Origin: Eledone cirrhosa
Taxonomy: Eukaryota
Assembly: GCA_964016885.1 (NCBI GenBank)
Contig: OZ024744.1
Coordinates: 29,946,001-30,010,000 of the forward strand
Direction of reading: 5' to 3'
DNA: 64,000 nt
Numbering within the stretch: position 1 is the stretch's first letter; each line of letters begins with the position of its first letter. Below the pieces are notes generated by a model. It saw only the letters and a list, made by a program, of their open reading frames with translations. It was not told the DNA's origin and did no database searches. A program made the translations under genes and the position numbers. Shown here in pieces: positions 51,201 to 64,000 of this stretch.

Positions 51201-52118
51201 TTGTTGTTTGTGTTGGTACTGTTGTTACTGTTATTTTTGTTGCTATTGTTGTTTTTGTTGTTACTGTTGTTGCTGTTATTGTAGTTGTTGTTTTTGTTGT
51301 TTTTATTGGTACTGATATTGCCGTTATTGTTGTTATTGTTGTTGTTTTTGTTTGTACTGCTTTTGCGGGTATTGTTGTTATTGTTGTTGTTTTTGTTGGT
51401 ACTGTTGTTGCTGTTATTGTTGTTATTGCTGTTGTTTTTGTTGGTACTGTTGTTACTGTTATTGTTGTTATTGTTGTTGTTTGTTGGTACTGTTGGTTGA
51501 GTTATTGTCGTTATTGTTGTTGTTTTTCTTGATACTGTTGTTGCTGGTCTTGTTGTTATTGTTGTTGTTTTCGTTGGTACTGTTGTTGCTGGTATTGTTG
51601 TTGCTGTTGTTGTTTTTATTGATACTGCTGTTACTGTTATTGTTGTTATTGTTGTTGTTTTTGTTGGTACTGTTCTTACTGTTATTGTTGTCGTTGTTGT
51701 TGTTTTTGTTGATACTGTTGTTGCTGGTATTTTTTGTTGTTGTTGTTGTTGTTTGTGTTGGTACTGGTGTTACTGTTATTGTTGTTTTTGTTGTTGTTTT
51801 GTTGGTACTGTTGTTGCTGTTATTGTTGTTGTTGTTTTTGTTTTTGTTGATACTGTTGTTACTGTTGTTGCTGTTATTGTTGTTGTTTTTGTTGGTACTG
51901 TTGTTGCTGTTATTGTTGTTGTTTTTGTTGGTACTGTTGTTGCTGTTATTGTTGTTGTTTTTGTTGGTACTGTTGTTGTTGGTATTGTTGTTGCTGTTGT
52001 TGTTTTTGTTGATACCGTTGTTACTGTTATTGTTGTTATTGCTGTTGTTTTTGTTGGTACTGTTGTTACTGTTATTGTTGTTATTGTTGTTGTTTTTGTT
52101 GGTACTGTTGTTACTGTT

Positions 52119-52151
<33 letters not shown>

Positions 52152-52304
52152 GATACTGTTGTTGCTGTTAATGTTGTTATTGTTGTTGTTTTTGTTGGTA
52201 CTGTTGTTGCTGTTATTGTTGTTATTGCTGTTGTTTTTGTTGGTACTGTTGTTACTGTTATTGTTGTTATTGTTGTTGTTTTTGTTGGTACTGTTGTTAC
52301 TGTT

Positions 52305-52340
<36 letters not shown>

Positions 52341-55300
52341 GATACTGTTGTTGCTGTTATTGTTGTTATTGTTGTTATTGTTGTTGTTTTTGTTGGTACT
52401 GTTGTTGCTGGTATTGTTGTTATTGTTGTTGTTTTTGTTGTTACTTTTGTTACTGTTATTGTTGTTGTTGTTGTTGTTTTTGTTGGTACTGTTGTTACTG
52501 TTATTATTGTTGCTATTGTTGTATTTGTTGTTACTGTTGTTGCTGTTATTGTTGTTGTTGTTGTTGTTTTTGTTGGTACTGATATTGCTGTTATTATTGT
52601 TATTGTTGTTGTTTTTGTTGGTACTGTTGTTGCGGGTATTGTTGTTGTTGTTGTTGTTTTTGTTGGTACTGTTGTTGCTGGTATAGTTGTTATTGTTGTT
52701 GTTTTTGTTGATACTGTTGTTGCTGTTATTGTTGTTGTTGTTGTTGTTTTTGTTGGTACTGTTATTGCTGTTATTGTTGTTATTGCTGTTGTATTTGTTG
52801 GTACTGTCGTTGCTGGTATTGTTGTTACTGTTGTTTTTTTTTTGTTGGTACTGTTTTTGCTGGTATTGTTGTTATTTTTGTTGATTTTCTTGGTACTGTT
52901 GTTGTTTTTGTTGATCTTGTTGTTATTGTTGTTGTTTTTGTTGATACTGTTGTTGCTGTTATTGTTGTTATTGTTGTTGTTTTTGTTGGTACTGTTGTTG
53001 CTTGTATTGTTGTTATTGTTGTTGTTTTTGTTGGTACTGTTGTTGCTGTTATTATTTTTGTTGTTGTTTATGTTGGTACTGTTGTTACTGTTATTGTTGT
53101 TGTTGTTTTTGTTGGTACTGTTGTTGTTGTTTTTGTTGTTATTGTTGTTATTGTTGTGTTTTTTGTTGATACTGTTGTTGCTGTTATTGTTGTTTTTGTT
53201 GATACTCTTGTTGCTGTTATTGTTGTTGTTGTTGTTTTTGTTGGTACTGTTGTTACTGTTATTGTAGTTATTGTTGTTGTTTTTGTTGGTACTGTTGTTG
53301 CTTGTATTGTTGTTATTGTTGTTGTTTTTGCTGGTACTGTTTTTGCGGTTATCGTTGTCGTTGTTGTTGTTTTTGTTAGTACTCTTGTTACAGTTAATGT
53401 TGTCGTTGTTGTTGTTTTTGTTGATACTGGTATTGTTGTTATTGTTGTTGTTTTTGTTGGTACTGTTGTTGCTGTTATTGTTGTTGTTGTTATTTTTGTT
53501 GATTTTCTTGGTACTGTTGTTGTTTTTGTTGATCTTGTTGTTATTGTTGTTGTTTTTGTTGATACTGTTGTTGCTGTTATTGTTGTTATTGTTGTTGTTT
53601 TTGTTGGTACTGTTGTTGCTTGTATTGTTGTTATTGTTGTTGTTTTTGTTGGTACTGTTGTTGCTGTTATTATTTTTGTTGTTGTTTATGTTGGTACTGT
53701 TGTTACTGTTATTGTTGTTGTTGTTTTTGTTGGTACTGTTGTTGTTGTTTTTGTTGTTATTGTTGTTATTGTTGTGTTTTTTGTTGATACTGTTGTTGCT
53801 GTTATTGTTGTTTTTGTTGATACTCTTGTTGCTGTTATTGTTGTTGTTGTTGTTTTTGTTGGTACTGTTGTTACTGTTATTGTAGTTATTGTTGTTGTTT
53901 TTGTTGGTACTGTTGTTGCTTGTATTGTTGTTATTGTTGTTGTTTTTGCTGGTACTGTTTTTGCGGTTATCGTTGTCGTTGTTGTTGTTTTTGTTAGTAC
54001 TCTTGTTACAGTTAATGTTGTCGTTGTTGTTGTTTTTGTTGATACTGGTATTGTTGTTATTGTTGTTGTTTTTGTTGGTACTGTTGTTGCTGTTATTGTT
54101 GTTGTTGTTATTTTTGTTGATACTGTTGTTGCTGGTATTTTTTGTTGCTGTTGTTGTTGTTTTTGTTGGCACTGTTGTTGTTGTTATTCTTGTTGTTGTT
54201 GTTGTTTTTGTTGATACTGTTGTTGCTGGTATTGTTGTTATTGTTGTTGTTTTCGTTGGTACTGTTGTTGCTGGTATTGTTGTTATTGTTGTTGTTTTTG
54301 TTGATACTGTTGTTACTGTTATTGTTGTCGTTGTTGTTTTTGTTGATACTGTTGTTGCTGGTATTTTTTGTTGCTGTTGTTGTTGTTTTCGTTGGTACTG
54401 TTGTTGCTGTTATTGTTGTTGTTGTTGTTGTTTGTGTTGGTACTGGTGTTACTGTTATTGTTGTTTTTGTTGTTGTTTTGTTGGTACTGTTGTTGCTGTT
54501 ATTGTTGTTATTGTTGTTGTTTTTGTTGATACTGTTGTTGCTGGTATTGTTGTTGCTGTTGTTGTTTTTATTGATACTGCTGTTACTGTTATTGTTGTTA
54601 TTGTTGTTGTTTTTCTTGGTACTGTTGTTACTGTTATTGTTGTCGTTGTTGTTGTTTTTGTTGATACTGTTGTTGCTGGTATTTTTTGTTGCTGTTGTTG
54701 TTGTTTTCGTTGGTACTGTTGTTGCTGTTATTGTTGTTGTTGTTGTTGTTTGTGTTAGTACTGGTGTTACTGTTATTGTTGTTTTTGTTGTTATTTTGTT
54801 GGTACTGTTGTTGCTGTTATTGTTGTTGTTGTTTTTGTTTTTGTTGATACTGTTGTTACTGTTGTTGCTGTTATTGTTGTTGTTTTTGTTGGTACTGTTG
54901 TTGCTGTTATTGTTGTTGTTTTTGTTGGTACTGTTGTTGCTGTTATTGTTGTTGTTTTTGTTGGTACTGTTGTTGCTAGTATTGTCGTTGTTGTTTTTGT
55001 TTTTGTTGATACTGTTGTTACTGTTGTTGCTGTTATTGTTGTTGTTTTTGTTGGTACTGTTGTTGCTGTTATTGTTCTTATTGTTGTTGTCTTTGTTGGT
55101 ACTGTTGTTACTGTTATTGTTGTTGTTGTTGTTGTTTTTGTTGATACTGTTGTTGCTGTTATTGTTGTTATTGTTGTTATTGTTGTTGTTTTTGTTGGTA
55201 CTGTTGGTGCTGTTATTGTTGTTATTGTTGTTGTTTTTGTTGGTACTGTTGTTGCTGGCATTGTTGTTATTGTTGTTGTTTTTGTTGTTACTTTTGTTAC

Positions 55301-56235
55301 TGTTATTGTTGTTGTTGTTGTTGTTTGTGTTGGTACTGTTGTTACTGTTATTTTTGTTGCTATTGTTGTTTTTGTTGTTACTGTTGTTGCTGTTATTGTA
55401 GTTGTTGTTTTTGTTGTTTTTATTGGTACTGATATTGCCGTTATTGTTGTTATTGTTGTTGTTTTTGTTTGTACTGCTTTTGCGGGTATTGTTGTTATTG
55501 TTGTTGTTTTTGTTGGTACTGTTGTTGCTGTTATTGTTGTTATTGCTGTTGTTTTTGTTGGTACTGTTGTTACTGTTATTGTTGTTATTGTTGTTGTTTG
55601 TTGGTACTGTTGGTTGAGTTATTGTCGTTATTGTTGTTGTTTTTCTTGATACTGTTGTTGCTGGTCTTGTTGTTATTGTTGTTGTTTTCGTTGGTACTGT
55701 TGTTGCTGGTATTGTTGTTGCTGTTGTTGTTTTTATTGATACTGCTGTTACTGTTATTGTTGTTATTGTTGTTGTTTTTGTTGGTACTGTTCTTACTGTT
55801 ATTGTTGTCGTTGTTGTTGTTTTTGTTGATACTGTTGTTGCTGGTATTTTTTGTTGTTGTTGTTGTTGTTTGTGTTGGTACTGGTGTTACTGTTATTGTT
55901 GTTTTTGTTGTTGTTTTGTTGGTACTGTTGTTGCTGTTATTGTTGTTGTTGTTTTTGTTTTTGTTGATACTGTTGTTACTGTTGTTGCTGTTATTGTTGT
56001 TGTTTTTGTTGGTACTGTTGTTGCTGTTATTGTTGTTGTTTTTGTTGGTACTGTTGTTGCTGTTATTGTTGTTGTTTTTGTTGGTACTGTTGTTGTTGGT
56101 ATTGTTGTTGCTGTTGTTGTTTTTGTTGATACCGTTGTTACTGTTATTGTTGTTATTGCTGTTGTTTTTGTTGGTACTGTTGTTACTGTTATTGTTGTTA
56201 TTGTTGTTGTTTTTGTTGGTACTGTTGTTACTGTT

Positions 56236-56268
<33 letters not shown>

Positions 56269-56421
56269 GATACTGTTGTTGCTGTTAATGTTGTTATTGT
56301 TGTTGTTTTTGTTGGTACTGTTGTTGCTGTTATTGTTGTTATTGCTGTTGTTTTTGTTGGTACTGTTGTTACTGTTATTGTTGTTATTGTTGTTGTTTTT
56401 GTTGGTACTGTTGTTACTGTT

Positions 56422-56457
<36 letters not shown>

Positions 56458-59400
56458 GATACTGTTGTTGCTGTTATTGTTGTTATTGTTGTTATTGTTG
56501 TTGTTTTTGTTGGTACTGTTGTTGCTGGTATTGTTGTTATTGTTGTTGTTTTTGTTGTTACTTTTGTTACTGTTATTGTTGTTGTTGTTGTTGTTTTTGT
56601 TGGTACTGTTGTTACTGTTATTATTGTTGCTATTGTTGTATTTGTTGTTACTGTTGTTGCTGTTATTGTTGTTGTTGTTGTTGTTTTTGTTGGTACTGAT
56701 ATTGCTGTTATTATTGTTATTGTTGTTGTTTTTGTTGGTACTGTTGTTGCGGGTATTGTTGTTGTTGTTGTTGTTTTTGTTGGTACTGTTGTTGCTGGTA
56801 TAGTTGTTATTGTTGTTGTTTTTGTTGATACTGTTGTTGCTGTTATTGTTGTTGTTGTTGTTGTTTTTGTTGGTACTGTTATTGCTGTTATTGTTGTTAT
56901 TGCTGTTGTATTTGTTGGTACTGTCGTTGCTGGTATTGTTGTTACTGTTGTTTTTTTTTTGTTGGTACTGTTTTTGCTGGTATTGTTGTTATTTTTGTTG
57001 ATTTTCTTGGTACTGTTGTTGTTTTTGTTGATCTTGTTGTTATTGTTGTTGTTTTTGTTGATACTGTTGTTGCTGTTATTGTTGTTATTGTTGTTGTTTT
57101 TGTTGGTACTGTTGTTGCTTGTATTGTTGTTATTGTTGTTGTTTTTGTTGGTACTGTTGTTGCTGTTATTATTTTTGTTGTTGTTTATGTTGGTACTGTT
57201 GTTACTGTTATTGTTGTTGTTGTTTTTGTTGGTACTGTTGTTGTTGTTTTTGTTGTTATTGTTGTTATTGTTGTGTTTTTTGTTGATACTGTTGTTGCTG
57301 TTATTGTTGTTTTTGTTGATACTCTTGTTGCTGTTATTGTTGTTGTTGTTGTTTTTGTTGGTACTGTTGTTACTGTTATTGTAGTTATTGTTGTTGTTTT
57401 TGTTGGTACTGTTGTTGCTTGTATTGTTGTTATTGTTGTTGTTTTTGCTGGTACTGTTTTTGCGGTTATCGTTGTCGTTGTTGTTGTTTTTGTTAGTACT
57501 CTTGTTACAGTTAATGTTGTCGTTGTTGTTGTTTTTGTTGATACTGGTATTGTTGTTATTGTTGTTGTTTTTGTTGGTACTGTTGTTGCTGTTATTGTTG
57601 TTGTTGTTATTTTTGTTGATTTTCTTGGTACTGTTGTTGTTTTTGTTGATCTTGTTGTTATTGTTGTTGTTTTTGTTGATACTGTTGTTGCTGTTATTGT
57701 TGTTATTGTTGTTGTTTTTGTTGGTACTGTTGTTGCTTGTATTGTTGTTATTGTTGTTGTTTTTGTTGGTACTGTTGTTGCTGTTATTATTTTTGTTGTT
57801 GTTTATGTTGGTACTGTTGTTACTGTTATTGTTGTTGTTGTTTTTGTTGGTACTGTTGTTGTTGTTTTTGTTGTTATTGTTGTTATTGTTGTGTTTTTTG
57901 TTGATACTGTTGTTGCTGTTATTGTTGTTTTTGTTGATACTCTTGTTGCTGTTATTGTTGTTGTTGTTGTTTTTGTTGGTACTGTTGTTACTGTTATTGT
58001 AGTTATTGTTGTTGTTTTTGTTGGTACTGTTGTTGCTTGTATTGTTGTTATTGTTGTTGTTTTTGCTGGTACTGTTTTTGCGGTTATCGTTGTCGTTGTT
58101 GTTGTTTTTGTTAGTACTCTTGTTACAGTTAATGTTGTCGTTGTTGTTGTTTTTGTTGATACTGGTATTGTTGTTATTGTTGCTGTTTTTGTTGGTACTG
58201 TTGTTGCTGTTATTGTTGTTGTTGTTATTTTTGTTGATACTGTTGTTGCTGGTATTTTTTGTTGCTGTTGTTGTTGTTTTTGTTGGCACTGTTGTTGTTG
58301 TTATTCTTGTTGTTGTTGTTGTTTTTGTTGATACTGTTGTTGCTGGTATTGTTGTTATTGTTGTTGTTTTCGTTGGTACTGTTGTTGCTGGTATTGTTGT
58401 TATTGTTGTTGTTTTTGTTGATACTGTTGTTACTGTTATTGTTGTCGTTGTTGTTTTTGTTGATACTGTTGTTGCTGGTATTTTTTGTTGCTGTTGTTGT
58501 TGTTTTCGTTGGTACTGTTGTTGCTGTTATTGTTGTTGTTGTTGTTGTTTGTGTTGGTACTGGTGTTACTGTTATTGTTGTTTTTGTTGTTGTTTTGTTG
58601 GTACTGTTGTTGCTGTTATTGTTGTTATTGTTGTTGTTTTTGTTGATACTGTTGTTGCTGGTATTGTTGTTGCTGTTGTTGTTTTTATTGATACTGCTGT
58701 TACTGTTATTGTTGTTATTGTTGTTGTTTTTGTTGGTACTGTTGTTACTGTTATTGTTGTCGTTGTTGTTGTTTTTGTTGATACTGTTGTTGCTGGTATT
58801 TTTTGTTGCTGTTGTTGTTGTTTTCGTTGGTACTGTTGTTGCTGTTATTGTTGTTGTTGTTGTTGTTTGTGTTGGTACTGGTGTTACTGTTATTGTTGTT
58901 TTTGTTGTTGTTTTGTTGGTACTGTTGTTGCTGTTATTGTTGTTGTTATTTTTGTTTTTGTTGATACTGTTGTTACTGTTGTTGCTGTTATTGTTGTTGT
59001 TTTTGTTGGTACTGTTGTTGCTGTTATTGTTGTTGTTTTTGTTGGTACTGTTGTTGCTGTTATTGTTGTTGTTTTTGTTGGTACTGTTGTTGCTAGTATT
59101 GTCGTTGTTGTTTTTGTTTTTGTTGATACTGTTGTTACTGTTGTTGCTGTTATTGTTGTTATTTTTGTTGGTACTGTTGTTGCTGTTATTGTTGTTATTG
59201 TTGTTGTCTTTGTTGGTACTGTTGTTACTGTTATTGTTGTTGTTGTTGTTGTTTTTGTTGATACTGTTGTTGCTGTTATTGTTGTTATTGTTGTTATTGT
59301 TGTTGTTTTTGTTGGTACTGTTCTTACTGTTATTGTTGTCGTTGTTGTTGTTTTTGTTGATACTGTTGTTGCTGGTATTTTTTGTTGCTGTTGTTGTTGT

Positions 59401-60670
59401 TTTCGTTGGTACTGTTGTTGCTGTTATTGTTGTTGTTGTTGTTGTTTGTGTTGGTACTGGTGTTACTGTTATTCTTGTTTTTGTTGTTGTTTTGTTGGTA
59501 CTGTTGTTGCTGTTATTGTTGTTGTTGTTTTTGTTTTTGTTGATACTGTTGTTACTGTTGTTGCTGTTATTGTTGTTGTTTTTGTTGGTACTCTTGTTGC
59601 TGTTATTGTTGTTATTGTTGTTGTCTTTGTTGGTACTGTTGTTACTGTTATTGTTGTTGTTGTTGTTGTTTTTGTTGGTACTGTTGTTACTGTTATTTTT
59701 GTTGCTATTGTTGTTTTTGTTGTTACTGTTGTTGCTGTTATTGTTGTTGTTGTTGTTGTTGTTTTTATTGGTACTGATATTGCCGTTATTGTTGTTATTG
59801 TTGTTGTTTTTGTTTGTACTGCTTTTGCGGGTATTGTTGTTATTGTTGTTGTTTTTGTTTGTACTGTTGTTGCTGTTATTGTTGTTATTGCTGTTTTTTT
59901 TGTTGGTACGGTTGTTACTGTTATTGTTGTTATTGTTGTTGTTTGTTGGTACTGTTGGTTGAGTTATTGTCGTTATTGTTGTTGTTTTTCTTGATACTGT
60001 TGTTGCTGGTCTTGTTGTTACTGTTGTTGTTTTCGTTGGTACTGTTGTTGCTGGTATTGTTGTTGCTGTTGTTGTTTTTATTGATACTGCTGTTACTGTT
60101 ATTGTTGTTATTGTTGTTGTTTTTGTTGGTACTGTTCTTACTGTTATTGTTGTCGTTGTTGTTGTTTTTGTTGATACTGTTGTTGCTGGTATTTTTTGTT
60201 GCTGTTGTTGTTGTTTTCGTTGGTACTGTTGTTGCTGTTATTGTTGTTGTTGTTGTTGTTTGTGTTGGTACTGGTGTTACTGTTATTGTTGTTTTTGTTG
60301 TTGTTTTGTTGGTACTGTTGTTGCTGTTATTGTTGTTGTTGTTTTTGTTTTTGTTGATACTGTTGTTACTGTTGTTGCTGTTATTGTTGTTGTTTTTGTT
60401 GGTACTGTTGTTGCTGTTATTGTTGTTGTTTTTGTTGGTACTGTTGTTGCTGTTATTGTTGTTGTTTTTGTTGGTACTGTTGTTGTTGGTATTGTTGTTG
60501 CTGTTGTTGTTTTTGTTGATACTGTTGTTACTGTTATTGTTGTTATTGTTGTTGTTTTTGTTGGTACTGTTGTTGCTGTTATTGTTGTTATTGCTGTTGT
60601 TTTTGTTGGTACTGTTGTTACTGTTATTGTTGTTATTGTTGTTGTTTTTGTTGGTACTGTTGTTACTGTT

Positions 60671-60703
<33 letters not shown>

Positions 60704-63700
60704 GATACTGTTGTTGCTGTTATTGTTGTTATTGTTGTTATTGTTGTTGTTTTTGTTGGTACTGTTGTTGCTGGTATTGTTGTTATTGTTGTTGTTTTTG
60801 TTGTTACTTTTGTTACTGTTATTGTTGTTGTTGTTGTTTTTGTTGGTACTGTTGTTACTGTTATTATTGTTGCTATTGTTGTATTCGTTGTTACTGTTGT
60901 TGCTGTTATTGTTGTTGTTGTTGTTGTTTTTGTTGGTACTGATATTGCTGTTATTATTGTTATTGTTGTTGTTTTTGTTGGTACTGTTGTTGCGGGTATT
61001 GTTGTTGTTGTTGTTGTTTTTGTTGGTACTGTTGTTGCTGGTATAGTTGTTATTGCTGTTGTATTTGTTGGTACTGTCGTTGCTGGTATTGTTGTTATTG
61101 TTGTTTTTTTTTTGTTGGTACTGTTTTTGCTGGTATTGTTGTTATTTTTGTTGATTTTCTTGGTACTGTTGTTGTTTTTGTTGTTATTGTTGTTATTGTT
61201 GTTGTTTTTGTTGATACTGTTGTTGCTGTTATTGTTGTTATTGTTGTTGTTTTTGTTGGTACTGTTGTTGCTTGTATTGTTGTTATTGTTGTTGTTTTTG
61301 TTGGTACTGTTGTTGCTGTTATTATTTTTGTTGTTGTTGTTTTTGTTGGTACTGTTGTTACTGTTATTGTTGTTGTTGTTTTTGTTGGTACTGTTGTTGT
61401 TGTTTTTGTTGTTATTGTTGTTGTTTTTGCTGGTACTGTTTTTGCGGTTATCGTTGTCGTTGTTGTTGTTTTTGTTAGTACTGTTGTTACAGTTAATGTT
61501 GTCGTTGTTGTTGTTTTTGTTGATACTGTTGTTGCTGTTATTGTTGTTGTTGTTATTTTTGTTGATACTGTTGTTGCTGGTATTTTTTGTTGCTGTTGTT
61601 GTTGTTTTTGTTGGCACTGTTGTTGTTGTTATTCTTGTTGTTGTTGTTTTTGTTGATACTGTTGTTGCTGGTATTGTTGTTATTGTTGTTGTTTTCGTTG
61701 GTACTGTTGTTGCTGGTATTGTTGTTATTGTTGTTGTTTTTGTTGATACTGTTGTTACTGTTATTGTTGTCGTTGTTGTTGTTTTTGTTGATACTGTTGT
61801 TGCTGGTATTTTTTGTTGCTGTTGTTGTTGTTTTCGTTGGTACTGTTGTTGCTGTTATTGTTGTTGTTGTTGTTGTTTGTGTTGGTACTGGTGTTACTGT
61901 TATTGTTGTTTTTGTTGTTGTTTTGTTGGTACTGTTGTTGCTGTTATTGTTGTTGTTGTTTTTGTTTTTGTTGATACTGTTGTTACTGTTGTTGCTGTTA
62001 TTGTTGTTGTTTTTGTTGGTACTGTTGTTGCTGTTATTGTTGTTGTTTTTGTTGGTACTGTTGTTGCTAGTATTGTCGTTGTTGTTTTTGTTTTTGTTGA
62101 TACTGTTGTTACTGTTGTTGCTGTTATTGTTGTTGTTTTTGTTGGTACTGTTGTTGCTGTTATTGTTGTTATTGTTGTTGTCTTTGTTGGTACTGTTGTT
62201 ACTGTTATTGTTGTTGTTGTTGTTGTTTTTGTTGATACTGTTGTTGCTGTTATTGTTGTTATTGTTGTTATTGTTGTTGTTTTTGTTGGTACTGTTCTTA
62301 CTGTTATTGTTGTTGTTTTTGTTGGTACTGTTGTTGCTGTTATTGTTGTTATTGTTGTTGTCTTTGTTGGTACTGTTGGTGCTGTTATTGTTGTTATTGT
62401 TGTTTTTTTTGTTGGTACTGTTGTTGCTGTTATTGTTGTTGTTTTTGTTGGTACTGTTGTTGCTGTTATTGTTGTTATTGTTGTTGTCTTTGTTGGTACT
62501 GTTGGTGCTGTTATTGTTGTTATTGTTGTTGTTTTTGTTGGTACTGTTGTTGCTGGCATTATTGTTATTGTTGTTGTTTTTGTTGTTACTTTTGTTACTG
62601 TTAGTGTTGTTGTTGTTGTTGTTTGTGTTGGTACTGTTGTTACTGTTATTTTTGTTGCTATTGTTGTTTTTGTTGTTACTGTTGTTGCTGTTATTGTTGT
62701 TGTTGTTGTTGTTGTTTTTATTGGTACTGATATTGCCGTTATTGTTGTTGTTTTTGTGTGTACTGCTTTTGCGGGTATTGTTGTTATTGTTGTTGTTTTT
62801 CTTGATACTGTTGTTGCTGGTTTGTTGTTATTGTTGTTGTTTTCGTTGGTACTGTTGTTGCTGTTATTGTTGTTATTGTTGTTTTTGTTGGTACTGTTGT
62901 TGCTGTTATTGTTGTCATTGTTGTTGTTTTTGTTGGTACTGTTGTTACTGGTATTGTTGTTATTGTTGTTGTTTTTGTTGGTACTGTTGTTGATGTTATT
63001 GTTGTTGTTGTTTTTGTTGGTACTGTTGTTGTTGTTTTTGTTGTTATTGTTGTTAATGTTATGTTTTTTGTTGATACTGTTGTTGCTGTTATTGTTGTTA
63101 TTGTTGTTGTACTTGTTGGTACTGTTGTTACTGTTATTGTTGTTGTTGTTTTTGTTGGTACTGTTGTTGCTCTTAATGTTGTTATTGCTGTTATTTTTGT
63201 TGATACTGTTGTTGCTGTTATTGTTGTTGTTGTTGTTTTTGTTGGTACTGTTGTTAATGTTATTGTTGTTATTGTTGTTGTTTTTGTTGGTATTGCTGTT
63301 GCTTGTATTGTTGTTATTGTTGTTGTTTTTGCTGGTACTGTTGTTGCGGTTTTCGTTGTCGTTGTTGTTGTTTTTGTTAGTACTGTTGTTACAGTTAATG
63401 TTGTCGTTGTTGTTGTTTTTGTTGATACTGGTATTGTTGTTATTGTTGTTGTTTTTGTTGGTACTGTTGTTGCTGTTATTGTTGTTGTTGTTATTTTTGT
63501 TGATACTGTTGTTGCTGGTATTTTTTGTTGCTGTTGTTGTTGTTTTTGTTGGTACTGTTGTTGTTGTTATACTTGTTGTTGTTGTTGTTTTTGTTGATAC
63601 TGTTGTTGCTGGTATTGTTGTTATTGTTGTTGTTTTTGTTGGTACTGTTGTTGCTGGTATTGTTGTTGCTGTTGTTGTTTTTGTTGATACTGTTGTTACT

Positions 63701-64000
63701 GTTATTGTTGTTATTGTAGTTGTTTTTGTTGGTACTGTTGTTGCTGTTATTGTTGTTATTGCTGTTGTTTTTGTTGGTACTGTTGTTACTGTTATTGTTG
63801 TTATTGTTGTTGTTTTTGTTGGTACTGTTGTTACTGTTATTGTTGTTGTTGTTGTTATTGTTGTTGTTGATACTATTGTTGCTGTTATTGTTGTTATTGT
63901 TGTTATTGTTGTTGTTTTTGTTGGTACTGTTGTTGCTGGTATTGTTGTTATTGTTGTTGTTTTTGTTGTTACTTTTGTTACTGTTATTGTTGTTGTTGTT
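24563..64000. repeat. Large (GTT)n-derived satellite, ~45-bp monomer with multi-kb higher-order repeats; runs off the window end
   Basis: Consensus GTTGGTACTGTTGTTGCTGTTATTGTTGTTATTGTTGTTGTTTTT; near-identical ORF-track entries recur at offsets 618, 723, 3561, 3651, 4117 and 4162. Confidence 0.97.

Noticed and set aside
24532-63719. Dozens of long poly-Leu/Val/Cys/Asn ORFs (up to 907 aa) resembling membrane proteins
   Set aside because: Stop codons are nearly impossible in GTT-derived sequence. The ORFs overlap in all frames and repeat with the satellite periods.
24563-64000. CRISPR-like regular repeat with variable intervals
   Set aside because: The intervals are the same low-complexity triplets, not unique spacers. 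There are no cas genes and the context is eukaryotic.

Overview
Eukaryotic, repeat-saturated DNA with no recognisable host protein-coding gene. The SINE family and microsatellite load resemble an octopus (cephalopod) genome; this is recognition from memory, not a search result. Positions 1-24562 are a mosaic of microsatellites and transposon debris: R4/Dong-like, CRE-like, RTE and L1-Tx1 LINE fragments, about 8 tRNA-type SINE copies, a TA-flanked MITE, tandem Helitron derivatives, and at least 5 unrelated sequence families carrying minimal type-I hammerhead-ribozyme-like motifs of the Penelope/retrozyme kind. Positions 24563-64000 are one (GTT)n-derived satellite with a ~45-bp monomer and nested higher-order repeats (618, 723, 3561/3651 and 4117/4162 bp). 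Its many long Leu/Val/Thr/Asn ORFs are compositional artefacts. Two observations stand out. First, a non-autonomous Helitron contains an apparently complete spliced mini-gene (TATA, two GT-AG introns, 116-aa STPR-like repeat protein, AATAAA) that the ORF track misses. Second, a recently duplicated ~960-bp non-coding element carries a CCGANGA-variant hammerhead. All calls were made by eye; none were checked against databases.
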